DNA from: a virus
Taxonomy: Duplodnaviria > Heunggongvirae > Uroviricota > Caudoviricetes
IMG/VR virus record: IMGVR_UViG_3300034357_000765
Strand: one strand, 5' to 3'
Length of the DNA: 64,000 nt
Below are positions 40,102 to 51,700 of the stretch, one piece after another. Made by a program: the position numbers and the translations under genes. How positions within the stretch are numbered: position 1 is the stretch's first letter; each line of letters starts with the position of its first letter. The notes beneath the pieces were generated by a model. The model did not search any database and was not told the DNA's origin. It saw only the letters and a list, made by a program, of their open reading frames with translations.

Positions 40102-43100
40102 ATGCCATTTCCTAAAGCAATCATTACAAAGCCATTTCTTGTTTCGGACACCGAATACAAAGACTTAGGTCTGAACATCAATCTTGTAGGCTACGATTCT
40201 TTTAGCCAAGTCGCAGAAAACACAAAGCAACATGCTAGTCCAAGACTATTGAACTGGGTAGAGCCATATGAGATTTCAGGAGTAAGAAAGACACTTTTTT
40301 ATACCGAAGTAAACACTAATTTTCAAGTTGGAGACAGAGTTTATATCGTAAATGGGAATTACGATAATGATTCTTTGATTAAGAAGGATAAATATAAAAA
40401 GGGTAGAGACGGATATAAAATATTAAAAGTTGAACAATGTAAAGTTGTTCTTGATATTGATTATACAGGTGCTCTTCCATATAAAGATGATTCTTTAGAT
40501 GATTATATCAAAGTCTACTACATAGACAACCCTGAAAGTTTTGTAAATGCAAACAGACAAGTAACTACTCGTGGTGGTACATTCAGTTATAAATTTAACT
40601 ATTATCAAAACAACATTGCTTTTATCGACAAAAATCAAGGACCTATTAAAGATTGGGGATTTAATGCCGGAGTTTCCGGAACACCTGGATTCTTTGTGAG
40701 AGAAGAAGAACAAGGTTGGTCTAAAATATCGGATGAGCTTGTATATTTAGGATCTTTTTCAGTAGCACTTTCACCTACGTACAAAAACAATGGAAGAATA
40801 CTTATAATGGATGGTTCATTCACTTATAACGGAATCCAATTTAAAGAAGGATTCGTTTATACGTGGAATGTTGGTCCAACATCTTCGTCTTGGCAAGTAG
40901 ATCCTTCATATTCACCTGCGATTATAACAAAATCAAACTTTAGAAACGGAACGTTCAATGGAAAGTTCAATAATGGACTATACGGAACACAACAAAACAA
41001 GCTTAGTTGGAGTGGTAAAGGAACTTGGAATGGTGGATCTATGGTAAATACTTTATGGAAGTCAGGAACTATTGATTCAAAAATAATTTTCAATAATACT
41101 TACAAGGCTATATTTGATGAATATGGAATTCCTTTTCAAAAGTCATATACAAATAACAATGGTGGGTTTGGTTATAACTATATTTTTGATTCAGAAGTAG
41201 AAAAGTCTTTAGTAAACAACGGAAACTTTTATAATACCTCTTTTAATCAAATTGCAACTGGATCAGTTGTGGAAAACCATGTTCTTTCAATAACACAAAG
41301 TTTTGAAAACAGAATATCAAAAGGATATTTTGATCTTTGTATTTTCAAAAATATACAGATAGATGGTGGTGAAATAAAGAACACTAGATCTATAAATAGT
41401 AAGTTTTCAAATGTTAAATCAATAAACTCTTATTTTGATAAATCTGTATTAAAAGACTCTACTTATATAAGTGATAAAATAGTAAAAATACTTGGATATG
41501 ACGAATGGAATATGTCTGAATACCGAACTGCACAATCAGGTAAATTTAGTTCTATAAGAGATGTTAATAGTAAGATATACAAGTTTTACATAAGTAAAGA
41601 AAGCTACAAAAGACTAAAGACAGAAGATGTTTTTTATATAAAAGGATTAAAGATTAAAAATAGTCCTACACTTACAGACTTCTTTGATTCAAAATTCAGA
41701 CTTACATCTTGGACAGAGTTCTACAATGATCTTAATTACACAATACCAAAATCAATATCAGGTGTAGACATATATTCATTCTATAAGAGAGGTTATGAAT
41801 GTTCTGCATTCTTATCCACACCTGAAGAAAATGCTTATATAATAAACTCTTCGGAAACTCTATATAATGTTGCTGGTGCAACGGCAAGTAGATACACAAC
41901 ACTACTTTCAGGTGTTAATAAAAATGCAGCATACTCTATAGACATCATAGTATCCAGACATGATATTTTTAACAAAAATCAATCAATAGACACAACTTCT
42001 GAATGGGATGCACCAAATCCTATTAACTACAACTATAGTAGTGATGTCATAGTCGGAACAACATCTCTTCCTCAATTTTTAGGAAGTAACATAGATATTA
42101 GTAATGCTTACATATTAGATTCTGATTTCAATAGTGGAATAATAGAGACATCTGATTGGAATAGTGGATACCACATAAACTATAATAACGATGTTGTAAT
42201 AACATCAGTTACTTCAAGTGGTATATACAATCTAGAAATTGATGACAACAAAGATTATTTGATAGCACATACTAACTTAAATTTTCTTTATCCTGAAAAA
42301 ATAGGTAAAAGTGTTATTGAGAAAGATGATATAATTTTCTTAAACTCTGTTGACTACGACACAAGAGGTATGGTTACAAAAGTAACACTACTAACACAAG
42401 GATCAAGTTATAGCACTACTTCAGATCCTATATTTTTAACTAATACTAAAGTTAGCTCTTTAACAATGAGTAATGTAGGTACTTATTATAAAACTGAATC
42501 TGGATTAGCTACATACAATACTAATGGTGTTGGTACTGGTTTGACAGTTGATATAACAGCTAAGAATATAGGTTCTGTTACTGGAATCACATACTCCGGA
42601 CCTTTGAGTGGTGGTGGTAGTTATTCAATGACTTTTGTCAATCTAATACCTGATGCGGCAGGACCTATAGGAACATCTTTTTCTGCAGGTGCTAGTCCAT
42701 CTGCAATTCTTCCTGCATCATACGTAAGTACCGGAATTTTAGTTGATACCAACGGATCAATAACTGGTGTACCCGGTGCAACATATTCAAATTTTGGACC
42801 TCCATTGGTTTCTGTTCCTAGTGGTGCAACAGGCGTTGGTGCTATCTTCTTTACCGGACCAATAGTAACACTACCTAATGGATCAACTGCGTCTCCAAAC
42901 ACTTTAGGTTCAGGATTGACAGTAAACTATAGAACTTCTGCAAACGGAACTATAACATATCTTGAGATAAACAATAGTGGTCTTAGATATGATGTAAACC
43001 AAGTTTTTAAAATAGAAGGTGGTAATGCAACCTTTTCTATAAAAACGGTTGGTAATGGAGAGATAACAAGCTTCAACATAAATACACCAGGTGAGGATTA

Positions 43101-46100
43101 TCTTATTGGAGATGTTCTAAATATAATAAATCCGTTTGATCCAAACTCACAATTTGTTGGTGGATTGACTGCATCTATTACGGTTACATCTATAACCGCA
43201 TCCAACAAAGATACAAGAGGTCTTTCTTTAAACCTTTTCACAGGAATAGGTGCGACAGAGGGTAAAATAGAAGATATCACAATAAACGGTGCGGGACTTT
43301 ATTACAATGAAGGAGAAATCTTCACTATAAGTGATGTAGATTCTAATTTAGATGCACTTGTTAGAATAGATTCTGTTACTGGATCTGTAACAAGATTGAA
43401 CGACACATACAAAGTAATAGAAAACGATAAAGGAAGATTGACTCTTAGAGATTTGGGTACTACCAATATAGTTGCAGGATTAACCGCAAATGGATTATTC
43501 TACACAACAGATGCAAAAAACAGATGGGGTTATATAAGTAAGACTAAGATAGACAAAACTAAGATAAAGTCTGGTATATTCAAAAGACCATACATAGTAA
43601 ACTCTCTTATAAGAGACATCGACTATGATTCTACAGACAAAGACTTTAACAACATCGATAAGGTAAAAAATCTTATTATATCAGATACTCTTTTTTCAAA
43701 CAATTCAAACATATTGTCTTCTGCTACTTATCTTTACTCTAACTTAGTGGGAGGAACAGACATATGGAACGATGGTATAATAAACAAATCTATTATAAAC
43801 GGACTTACATTCTCAAAAGGAACTATTAAGCAAGCAACATGGATCACTGGAAACTTTACGGGTGGAATGTTTTACAACTCAAAAAGTTTTGATGCAAAAC
43901 CTACTTTAGATAGACCAAACTATCTAAATGATAGAGTAAGATCTTACTATATGATTGGAAATATTGGTGCAACATTATCAAATAATAGATATTCTTGGAG
44001 AAACGGAAAATTTAGTGGAGGTCAGTTCTACAAAAGTGACTGGGAAAATGGAGTTATGGACAACGGACTTTTCTTCTACTCTAAATTCTATGCAGGAACT
44101 ATAAACGGTGGAAAGATAGGAACTAAACAAGTTGCTGCAGCTGATACAAAAATCTATAATGGTTTAATCAACTACACTACAGTAGATAATGCCAACGTTT
44201 ATTCGGAAGATACAAGCTACACTGGACTTTCAAGCTCAAGTATTGAGTGGATGAATGGAGTGTTCAATAATGGTATATTCGGATCAAATAATGATGATGT
44301 TTTGGGAACTACTTTTTCCAACATTTCATACAATTTAGATTTACAATCACTTGCTATAGCAGACTATAAGATAACAATAGCAACTCAAAGTATTAATGAT
44401 ATAAATCCTATATTAGGAGATTTTGAGATAGATTTGAATCTTACGATAAAACACACATATCTTGGTGACCTTATAATAAACCTTATGTCACCAAATGGTA
44501 GAATAATAAACATAAAGAAAAGATATTCTTGTGGAGGAAACGACAATCTTCTTTCAACAAACTTCACTAGCGATTCTACTAAACCAAACTTAGAAATAGG
44601 AACTCCTCCTTATACCGGAGAGTTCAAATTCGACGCATTAATAAACCAAGGTGTGTATTACGATTTGAACAACAGACTTCTTCCTAATATAGCTTACAAC
44701 GCGACAGAAAATATCATTCCTACGGTAATAGACTATAGAAGTCAACCACCTGCAAATGTGTATGAAAGTGATCGATATTTGGTAATAGCAACTGCTAGTG
44801 ATCCAAACTGGGTTGCACCTGCTGCAGGTACTGCAGAGGTATGGCCTGTCAGCTTTGTTGGTAAGATAGTAGAGAGATCAACAAGTAGTGATCCACTATA
44901 CGCTTGGGAACTATATTTTGTTAAAAACAACGATAAGTTATTTGTTAAAAATAAATCAGAATACCTTAAATACATAGTTTCGTCATCATTCACAGGATGG
45001 ACTAAGTCATATCATTCAAACGCAACTAAAATATCGGAACTTTTGAACACAGATAAATCGGTCAAAGGAATATGGACTCTTATGGTTATGGATTGTGCGG
45101 CGGTAGATAGTGGTTTTGTTGAAAAATTTAATCTTACTTTTAACTACAAAACAAGTTATATAATAAAGTCTTTTAAAAACGATGCAGTATGGCACGATGG
45201 TATATTTAATGGTGGTCAGTTCATAGACTTAGGTGTGTGGAAGAACGGTAAGTTCAACGGTGGTAAGTTTATATCTACTTATGGCTACAAGAAAAGTGGA
45301 AGTTATTTAGTTCCAAACGAAAATATATTAGACTATTCATGGCATGCAGGTGAGTTCAATGGTGGAGAGTTTGGAAACGAAAGTCTTCTATCTAACTCTA
45401 CATGGTTTAATGGTGTATTCAATGATGGTGTATTTAAAGGAAAACTTTGGAACAACGGAGTATTTACATATGGAGAGTTCAAAGGTGGTTCTTCTGTTCC
45501 TGCTGCAGGAAATGGAATAAAGTCTGTAAACGCACAATTATTCATCGATTCTTTCAAAACTGAATATTATGGAGTTTGGAGAAGTGGAGTTGTATCTGAT
45601 AAAAAAGATAACTTTGTAACGGATAAAAAACTATTTACTACACCAGTAAGAGCAATGGCTCCTGTTAAATTAGGGAAAAGTGCAAAGTTTAGTAATATGC
45701 TTTGGTTATCAGGAACGTTTGACCATCCAAGTGGTGAAATAAACAACTCTGTTTGGTTGAACGGACTCTTTAAGATGGGAAGTTTCAAATCAAGTGCATT
45801 CAATCCATATGTTACTAGAAAGTCAGATAGACCAGAGTTTATCAAAGACGATTCATGTATTTGGGAAAATGGAAAACTTATAGATAGTGAATTCCATATG
45901 TCTAAATGGAAATATGGACAATTCATATCAGGAACAGCAGTTGGAATGATATGGCAGAATGGTATTTCTAACTATATGAATGCTTACAACATATTCTGGG
46001 AAAATGGAGTATGGAGAAACGGAAACTGGTATGGATCTAACTTCGAATACAGAGGTAGAGTAGATGACGGATTCTCAAAAGAAATACTTAATAGAGGAAT

Positions 46101-48768
46101 TGAATGGAGTGGAACATCTTCTTGTCATATATGGAATATATTTGAAAGTGATGTTGATACAACAGTATCTATGGTAGAAACTAGGATTTTAAAACCTAAT
46201 ATAGATTCATTCACGACGACAAATCAAGACGATGCCGGAATTTTTCCTCCTGCTATAGACATCGTGTATGTTGAGAAAATAGGAAGTCCTACAAAAGTAA
46301 AGGCAACCTTTAATATAATAAACAATAATGGTGCTCCTATAGGAGAGGCCGGTGTTATATTTGTCGAATCTGCAAGTGAGTCAGATGCAAACAATGCATT
46401 TCCTTCGTTGTCCGTAACAGGCGGAATAGCAACTCCTGCAGCAGGAACTAAGCCAAAACAATCCACAGTGTTGTCTGCGACGACTACACCTATTTTTACA
46501 ACAGGAGATGCCAACACTGGATTTTTGATCACCTTTGAGATAACCGTAACGGGTCTAATTGCAAGTAAGTGGTATTCTTTAAGAGGATACGCAATAAACA
46601 GTGCATCCAGTGTTGATGGACCTGCAATAACTACAAATACGGTTGTTTTCCAAACTGTTCAGAAGAATGAACCAATAACAGTGAACGCACTTCCTGTTCC
46701 TAGTGCTACAACAGAGGTGTATACAGGGGCTTTCCAAGGGCCAGCAGTAGCGTCGAGTTATACACAGACAATTAAAAGTAGTATAACTATTACAGCTAAC
46801 TATACCTTTGTTGCAGGTTCACAACCAGCACCAACAGAAAAAGGACTTTTATACACTACGAGTTCATCTGCTGTATTAGAATATTCTAGTGTTGGTGGTG
46901 GCAATGTGTTTAATAAAACAAACGCATCAACTGGAAATACTTTCACCACTACACTTTTAACAACTGGTTTTAACGCAATTGTTGCAAATACGACTTACTA
47001 TATAAGACCATACACATCCAACACAGGTGGTTACGGATACGGTCCGATTATAACTGTAACTTCGGGAGTTGACGTTCCGGTAGTGACTCAAGTTACTCCG
47101 ACAACAACTATACTGAAAGGAAGTCTAACAAGTACTGGTGGCTCTACGACATTAGAAAAAGGATTCATCATATCAATCGACGCTGCTGCGACAAATGTAA
47201 CTCCTACTACGTATGCAACAACATATACTTCAAATCAAATTAGAGTCGTTGTCGCAACCGATGGTACAACCGGTGATTTTACACAAACAATCGCCAATAT
47301 AGTTGGTATTGCATCAAATACATCATACAGAGTTCGTGCATACGCATATAGTACGACACAGCCATCTGTTTATGCTTATAGTTCTGAAAAACCATTCTTT
47401 TCGGCACCTGGTGCAGTTGACGTTACGACAACCTTACCTTTACTAATCAGTAGTAACATAACAGAGAACGGTGCCACACTAAAAGGAGACATAGTCAATA
47501 TAAATGGAAGTCCTATAGTGGCCAATGGAACTGGATTTGTTTATACAACCACAGGAACAGGATATCCTACGGGCACGACCGCACCAACTACCATGCCACA
47601 ACCAAATACAAATACATTAGGATATTTCGCATTCACAGATACTATTGGCAATTTCAGTTATACCGTGACTACGTTCGATTCAGGACAGAAATACTTCTTT
47701 AAAGCATATGCGACAAACGGCATCGGTACTGGATACGGTTTAGAGTATAGTATAACGACTTTGGCAAAAATTACAACCACATTAATATCTACTGCGACTA
47801 CCATAACGCCGACTATTGCAATAACAAGTGCAATAAATTCTGGTGCTGCAGCCCCTACAGCTAGAGGTATTATTTGGAATACATCATATTTCACACCTGC
47901 AACAGCAGCTACTCTTCTTACGACAAGAACCGCGGACACTGCAGCACCACCTACTTCGGCGACAGGTCTTACACCAAACACAAAATATTTTTTACGAGGA
48001 TACGTAACAAATATAAGTGGAACTTATTATGAAGAAGTGGTCGAAAAAATAACACTACCGGCATTTGAACCAACCACGATAACGGAGGTAACCGAATCAG
48101 CAGAATCTGTTATTATTAATACTAATGCTGCGGGAGTGGGAGGTATTGGAAATGTATTATTAGGAACTGCGGCATTGTTGACCGAAAAAGGAATCGCTTA
48201 CTCTACTTTACCGAATTCTGCCACACCAACAACCATAGCCTCCGCCACAGCTATAAACAAATTAAACTACACCACTAATATAAACTCGTTGATAATAGGG
48301 CAGAAATACTACTATAGGCCTTATGCCAAAAATGCTGCAGGCACAGGATATCTTGGTACTACAGATTTAGAGTTCACGACTTTAGTAAAAGTAACCTTAC
48401 CAACACCAGAAGGTAATGATGTAACATATGATTCGTCTAATAAGAAAATGATTATTGGTACTACAGGAAACCCTATTACTATAACCAACAACGGTTCGTC
48501 GACAATATTATCATACGGACTATGCTTCACAACAGATGGTAGTAATCCAACAGATCAAAACCCTAGTTTGCCAGCAACCGGAACAACTGCTAATGCTACG
48601 AGCTTCTTCGATAGTATATCGGTTGTCACACCTGCATCCGGACAAACTACTACTTATAAAGTAAGAGCATACGTTACTAATGATGGAGGTACTGCTTATA
48701 GTAGGATGATAACATTTACTATAAATGCATCAAATAATATTACTTCTGGACCTTCTTTTACTACCTAA
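40102..48768 (+). CDS. giant virion protein (2888 aa) with a proprotein-convertase P-domain-like module and C-terminal FN3-like Thr/Ala-rich repeats
   Basis: The P-domain-like segment is EIDLNLTIKHTYLGDLIINLMSPNGRIINIKKRYSCGG at about aa 1430-1480. Repeated Y-x-(F/Y)-R-x-Y-A-x-N-x-x-G-x-G-Y FN3-type strands fill the last roughly 700 aa. Confidence 0.8.
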   Translation: MPFPKAIITKPFLVSDTEYKDLGLNINLVGYDSFSQVAENTKQHASPRLLNWVEPYEISGVRKTLFYTEVNTNFQVGDRVYIVNGNYDNDSLIKKDKYKKGRDGYKILKVEQCKVVLDIDYTGALPYKDDSLDDYIKVYYIDNPESFVNANRQVTTRGGTFSYKFNYYQNNIAFIDKNQGPIKDWGFNAGVSGTPGFFVREEEQGWSKISDELVYLGSFSVALSPTYKNNGRILIMDGSFTYNGIQFKEGFVYTWNVGPTSSSWQVDPSYSPAIITKSNFRNGTFNGKFNNGLYGTQQNKLSWSGKGTWNGGSMVNTLWKSGTIDSKIIFNNTYKAIFDEYGIPFQKSYTNNNGGFGYNYIFDSEVEKSLVNNGNFYNTSFNQIATGSVVENHVLSITQSFENRISKGYFDLCIFKNIQIDGGEIKNTRSINSKFSNVKSINSYFDKSVLKDSTYISDKIVKILGYDEWNMSEYRTAQSGKFSSIRDVNSKIYKFYISKESYKRLKTEDVFYIKGLKIKNSPTLTDFFDSKFRLTSWTEFYNDLNYTIPKSISGVDIYSFYKRGYECSAFLSTPEENAYIINSSETLYNVAGATASRYTTLLSGVNKNAAYSIDIIVSRHDIFNKNQSIDTTSEWDAPNPINYNYSSDVIVGTTSLPQFLGSNIDISNAYILDSDFNSGIIETSDWNSGYHINYNNDVVITSVTSSGIYNLEIDDNKDYLIAHTNLNFLYPEKIGKSVIEKDDIIFLNSVDYDTRGMVTKVTLLTQGSSYSTTSDPIFLTNTKVSSLTMSNVGTYYKTESGLATYNTNGVGTGLTVDITAKNIGSVTGITYSGPLSGGGSYSMTFVNLIPDAAGPIGTSFSAGASPSAILPASYVSTGILVDTNGSITGVPGATYSNFGPPLVSVPSGATGVGAIFFTGPIVTLPNGSTASPNTLGSGLTVNYRTSANGTITYLEINNSGLRYDVNQVFKIEGGNATFSIKTVGNGEITSFNINTPGEDYLIGDVLNIINPFDPNSQFVGGLTASITVTSITASNKDTRGLSLNLFTGIGATEGKIEDITINGAGLYYNEGEIFTISDVDSNLDALVRIDSVTGSVTRLNDTYKVIENDKGRLTLRDLGTTNIVAGLTANGLFYTTDAKNRWGYISKTKIDKTKIKSGIFKRPYIVNSLIRDIDYDSTDKDFNNIDKVKNLIISDTLFSNNSNILSSATYLYSNLVGGTDIWNDGIINKSIINGLTFSKGTIKQATWITGNFTGGMFYNSKSFDAKPTLDRPNYLNDRVRSYYMIGNIGATLSNNRYSWRNGKFSGGQFYKSDWENGVMDNGLFFYSKFYAGTINGGKIGTKQVAAADTKIYNGLINYTTVDNANVYSEDTSYTGLSSSSIEWMNGVFNNGIFGSNNDDVLGTTFSNISYNLDLQSLAIADYKITIATQSINDINPILGDFEIDLNLTIKHTYLGDLIINLMSPNGRIINIKKRYSCGGNDNLLSTNFTSDSTKPNLEIGTPPYTGEFKFDALINQGVYYDLNNRLLPNIAYNATENIIPTVIDYRSQPPANVYESDRYLVIATASDPNWVAPAAGTAEVWPVSFVGKIVERSTSSDPLYAWELYFVKNNDKLFVKNKSEYLKYIVSSSFTGWTKSYHSNATKISELLNTDKSVKGIWTLMVMDCAAVDSGFVEKFNLTFNYKTSYIIKSFKNDAVWHDGIFNGGQFIDLGVWKNGKFNGGKFISTYGYKKSGSYLVPNENILDYSWHAGEFNGGEFGNESLLSNSTWFNGVFNDGVFKGKLWNNGVFTYGEFKGGSSVPAAGNGIKSVNAQLFIDSFKTEYYGVWRSGVVSDKKDNFVTDKKLFTTPVRAMAPVKLGKSAKFSNMLWLSGTFDHPSGEINNSVWLNGLFKMGSFKSSAFNPYVTRKSDRPEFIKDDSCIWENGKLIDSEFHMSKWKYGQFISGTAVGMIWQNGISNYMNAYNIFWENGVWRNGNWYGSNFEYRGRVDDGFSKEILNRGIEWSGTSSCHIWNIFESDVDTTVSMVETRILKPNIDSFTTTNQDDAGIFPPAIDIVYVEKIGSPTKVKATFNIINNNGAPIGEAGVIFVESASESDANNAFPSLSVTGGIATPAAGTKPKQSTVLSATTTPIFTTGDANTGFLITFEITVTGLIASKWYSLRGYAINSASSVDGPAITTNTVVFQTVQKNEPITVNALPVPSATTEVYTGAFQGPAVASSYTQTIKSSITITANYTFVAGSQPAPTEKGLLYTTSSSAVLEYSSVGGGNVFNKTNASTGNTFTTTLLTTGFNAIVANTTYYIRPYTSNTGGYGYGPIITVTSGVDVPVVTQVTPTTTILKGSLTSTGGSTTLEKGFIISIDAAATNVTPTTYATTYTSNQIRVVVATDGTTGDFTQTIANIVGIASNTSYRVRAYAYSTTQPSVYAYSSEKPFFSAPGAVDVTTTLPLLISSNITENGATLKGDIVNINGSPIVANGTGFVYTTTGTGYPTGTTAPTTMPQPNTNTLGYFAFTDTIGNFSYTVTTFDSGQKYFFKAYATNGIGTGYGLEYSITTLAKITTTLISTATTITPTIAITSAINSGAAAPTARGIIWNTSYFTPATAATLLTTRTADTAAPPTSATGLTPNTKYFLRGYVTNISGTYYEEVVEKITLPAFEPTTITEVTESAESVIINTNAAGVGGIGNVLLGTAALLTEKGIAYSTLPNSATPTTIASATAINKLNYTTNINSLIIGQKYYYRPYAKNAAGTGYLGTTDLEFTTLVKVTLPTPEGNDVTYDSSNKKMIIGTTGNPITITNNGSSTILSYGLCFTTDGSNPTDQNPSLPATGTTANATSFFDSISVVTPASGQTTTYKVRAYVTNDGGTAYSRMITFTINASNNITSGPSFTT

Positions 48769-48782
48769 TGGACAAATTAAAT

Positions 48783-48793
48783 TTTAATATATA
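48783..48793 (+). promoter_or_regulatory. TTTAATATATA element only 4 nt upstream of the ATG at 48798
   Basis: Exact motif. Confidence 0.55.
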
Positions 48794-48797
48794 GTTA

Positions 48798-51700
48798 ATG
48801 GGAATCTGGAAACAAAGAATAGATGAGAGCTGGTTAAAATGCTCAGGTACTGCTGCTTTTAAAATAATAAACGTAAGAGGTGGTGCCGGCGATACTTCGA
48901 AACAAGCAACCGCAATAAGTTTAAAACATACTAAGATAGACTCCAATACGGGAACAGTTTATTCGTATATTCCTTCTACCAATACTACTTTTTTCCCTTT
49001 AAATAGTCCTCAAATTTCTGGTTTCATGATAAGTGACATTGGTAGTAACTCTTTGCTTGGTACTGGAGTATATTCATACATATTAGATTACTATTTTGGT
49101 CCTTCCATAAATAGTACCAAAAAATTCGTTGCAACCAAAAACTACCAGTTCAAAACACACGTCTACAACTTTGCATACGCAAATAATAGAACCGTAGTTG
49201 AATCATATCTTAATACACCAGCAAACAAACAACCAAACGGAGGTTTATACAACTCTTTTTTAAATATATTTAAAGGAGCACTTGGAATAAATCCAACATG
49301 GGAAGATTCATATTATTTTGATGTTCCTTATTATAAAAATTTTATTCGTGCATCAACACTACAACCGACGATGTATATATTATACTATTATTCAAATCCT
49401 AAAGTTGATACCGATTCTGGATATATCGCACTTACAAACAAATTGAGTTCCTCCAAAACAGAAGTTCTCAATGCATCAGGAAATCCCACATCGTATAATT
49501 TTAGTACTGCAGTATCTTCCACACAATCTGTATATGCTGCTGGTTATGGATTAGGTGGTGTTGAGATAAATGAGATTGGATGGAAGATACAAGGTTACTC
49601 ATTTGTATCATATGACAATGATCCGTGGATTGGAGACTACCCGTCCGATCCGACGGCACCAGCCGCAGGATTAACAAACTCATACACAGGAAAATTCACA
49701 AACACTTCCAATGGTTTAACTCTTGCTAATAAACTACCTCTAAAAAGATGTCTTTTTGGAAAAGGTTGGTACTACGATGCCGATAATAACGAATATACAT
49801 GGTATGATCAACAATTTGATTCAGTATCTTCTGATTTGAATGATAACAATAATCCTGTTGGTGGGGATGCTGGACTTCAAGAGTCTCACTATGGATATAG
49901 AGAGAACAACTATATAGCAAAATATATACCTTTTCAAAAATTTAACCTTTCTTTTTTATATGAAAGTCTTAGATCTGATTCGGGAATAAAGATATATCTT
50001 TCACCTACTCTACCTACATCAAAATCATTAGGCAGTAGTTTGTACAAAGGAATTCTTAGATTTCCAGATACTTACTACTTATCATCAAATCCCGCTACAA
50101 CTACAGAGATACAAGCATTCAATGCTGCAAATTCTGGTCCAAATTCAAGAGGATTGAGTTTAGTCATGAGTAGATATCAGGTTCCATATACTTTAGATCC
50201 TTTATCTCTACCAGCTTTACAAAAGATTCTTTTACCATTAGGAACTGCACCATATACAACAGATGGTCTTATTAAAGGTGATCCAAATCCTGGACAGGGA
50301 AATGGAATTGCAATATCAGGATCACAGGGAAAATTCACATATGTTGGAACAAATAACGTATATGCACCAACGGTGGCTGCCGGTGCGTTTTCGGGTTCTG
50401 CAAATGCCTCAAGTGACTCCACTTTTCCTACTGCAAATATTAATATCTCAGCTCTTACAGGACCAATTAAAGTAGGTAGTATAGTTACTCTTTCGTTTAC
50501 GAGTCAGTATTCAAGTAACTATACACAATACACGTTCAATAAATCGTATACGATATTGGGTAATAATGGTGCCGACTGGTCTAATTTCCTTGATGCCTTT
50601 ACTAATGAGATAAAAGTAAAACAAGGACCTTTTGTATCTCAGTCACATCCTGATAGAGTATATGATGCTCCTATTTGTACAACTACAAATTTTTCTGTAA
50701 AAGGAACCGAAAAAGGAACCAATTGGAATGGATTTTTCCAAAAATATGGTAGAATAAGTGCAAGTATAACGATAAGAGTTCCTTCGGATGCAAGTAGAAG
50801 TACTATCATAAAAGATTACAATAGTGCAGATTCAAACAAAGCACTTGTAAACAACATAATAGTAGATGATGATAGTACGAATCTGAAAGAGATAAGAGTA
50901 AACATAACATTAAGACATACTTACATTGCAGATATGATAATAAACCTTAGAGTTCCTAACGGAAACGTCATAAATCTAAAGGCAAAGTATTCAGGTGGTT
51001 TTTTCAATGATCTTAGAAACATAACATTTACTACAAATACTAATTTTCCTAAAATGCAAGGACTTGACTTTTGGCCAAATAGTAAAAGTAAAGGATATGT
51101 TTATGACCCTATTGGTCTTCCTGCAAATACAACAACTGGTGCTCCAGCAACTGGACCTTCATATCCTGTAAAGTCACCTTGGTTACAAACACCTTATTCT
51201 TCTTCGTCATACAACTTTGACTGGTCTCAACTTATGATATTACCTGGTCTTACTTTTCAAATGGATAAAAACAACGGACAAGGAACAACAACAATGTTAA
51301 ACGGGTTCAACAACATATCGACAACCGGAGATGAAACCGTTGACTTTAGATCAAGTGTTAATGACTTAAAATATCTTTCTAATGTAGATGGAACTTTTAA
51401 TGGTACTTACTCACTTTACATAAAAGATGATTGGGGTGGAGATAGTGGTATCTTTGAAGATTGGAATATAGAATTCTTATACAAAAAAGTATATACTCCT
51501 ATATTGACACTTACACAAAGTGATGTAGAAAATACGACCAATCCCGGTGCTGCAAAACTTCAGTATCTGTTTGGATTAGAAGGAAATCAATATTTATTCA
51601 TAGTAGGTGATCAAGTTAGTAAGGTTGAAGATCCTGCAGTCGATTTTAGAGGTGTTAAGAAAGCACCCGGTTACACACCGTTGCTAAATCTTAGATCTTC

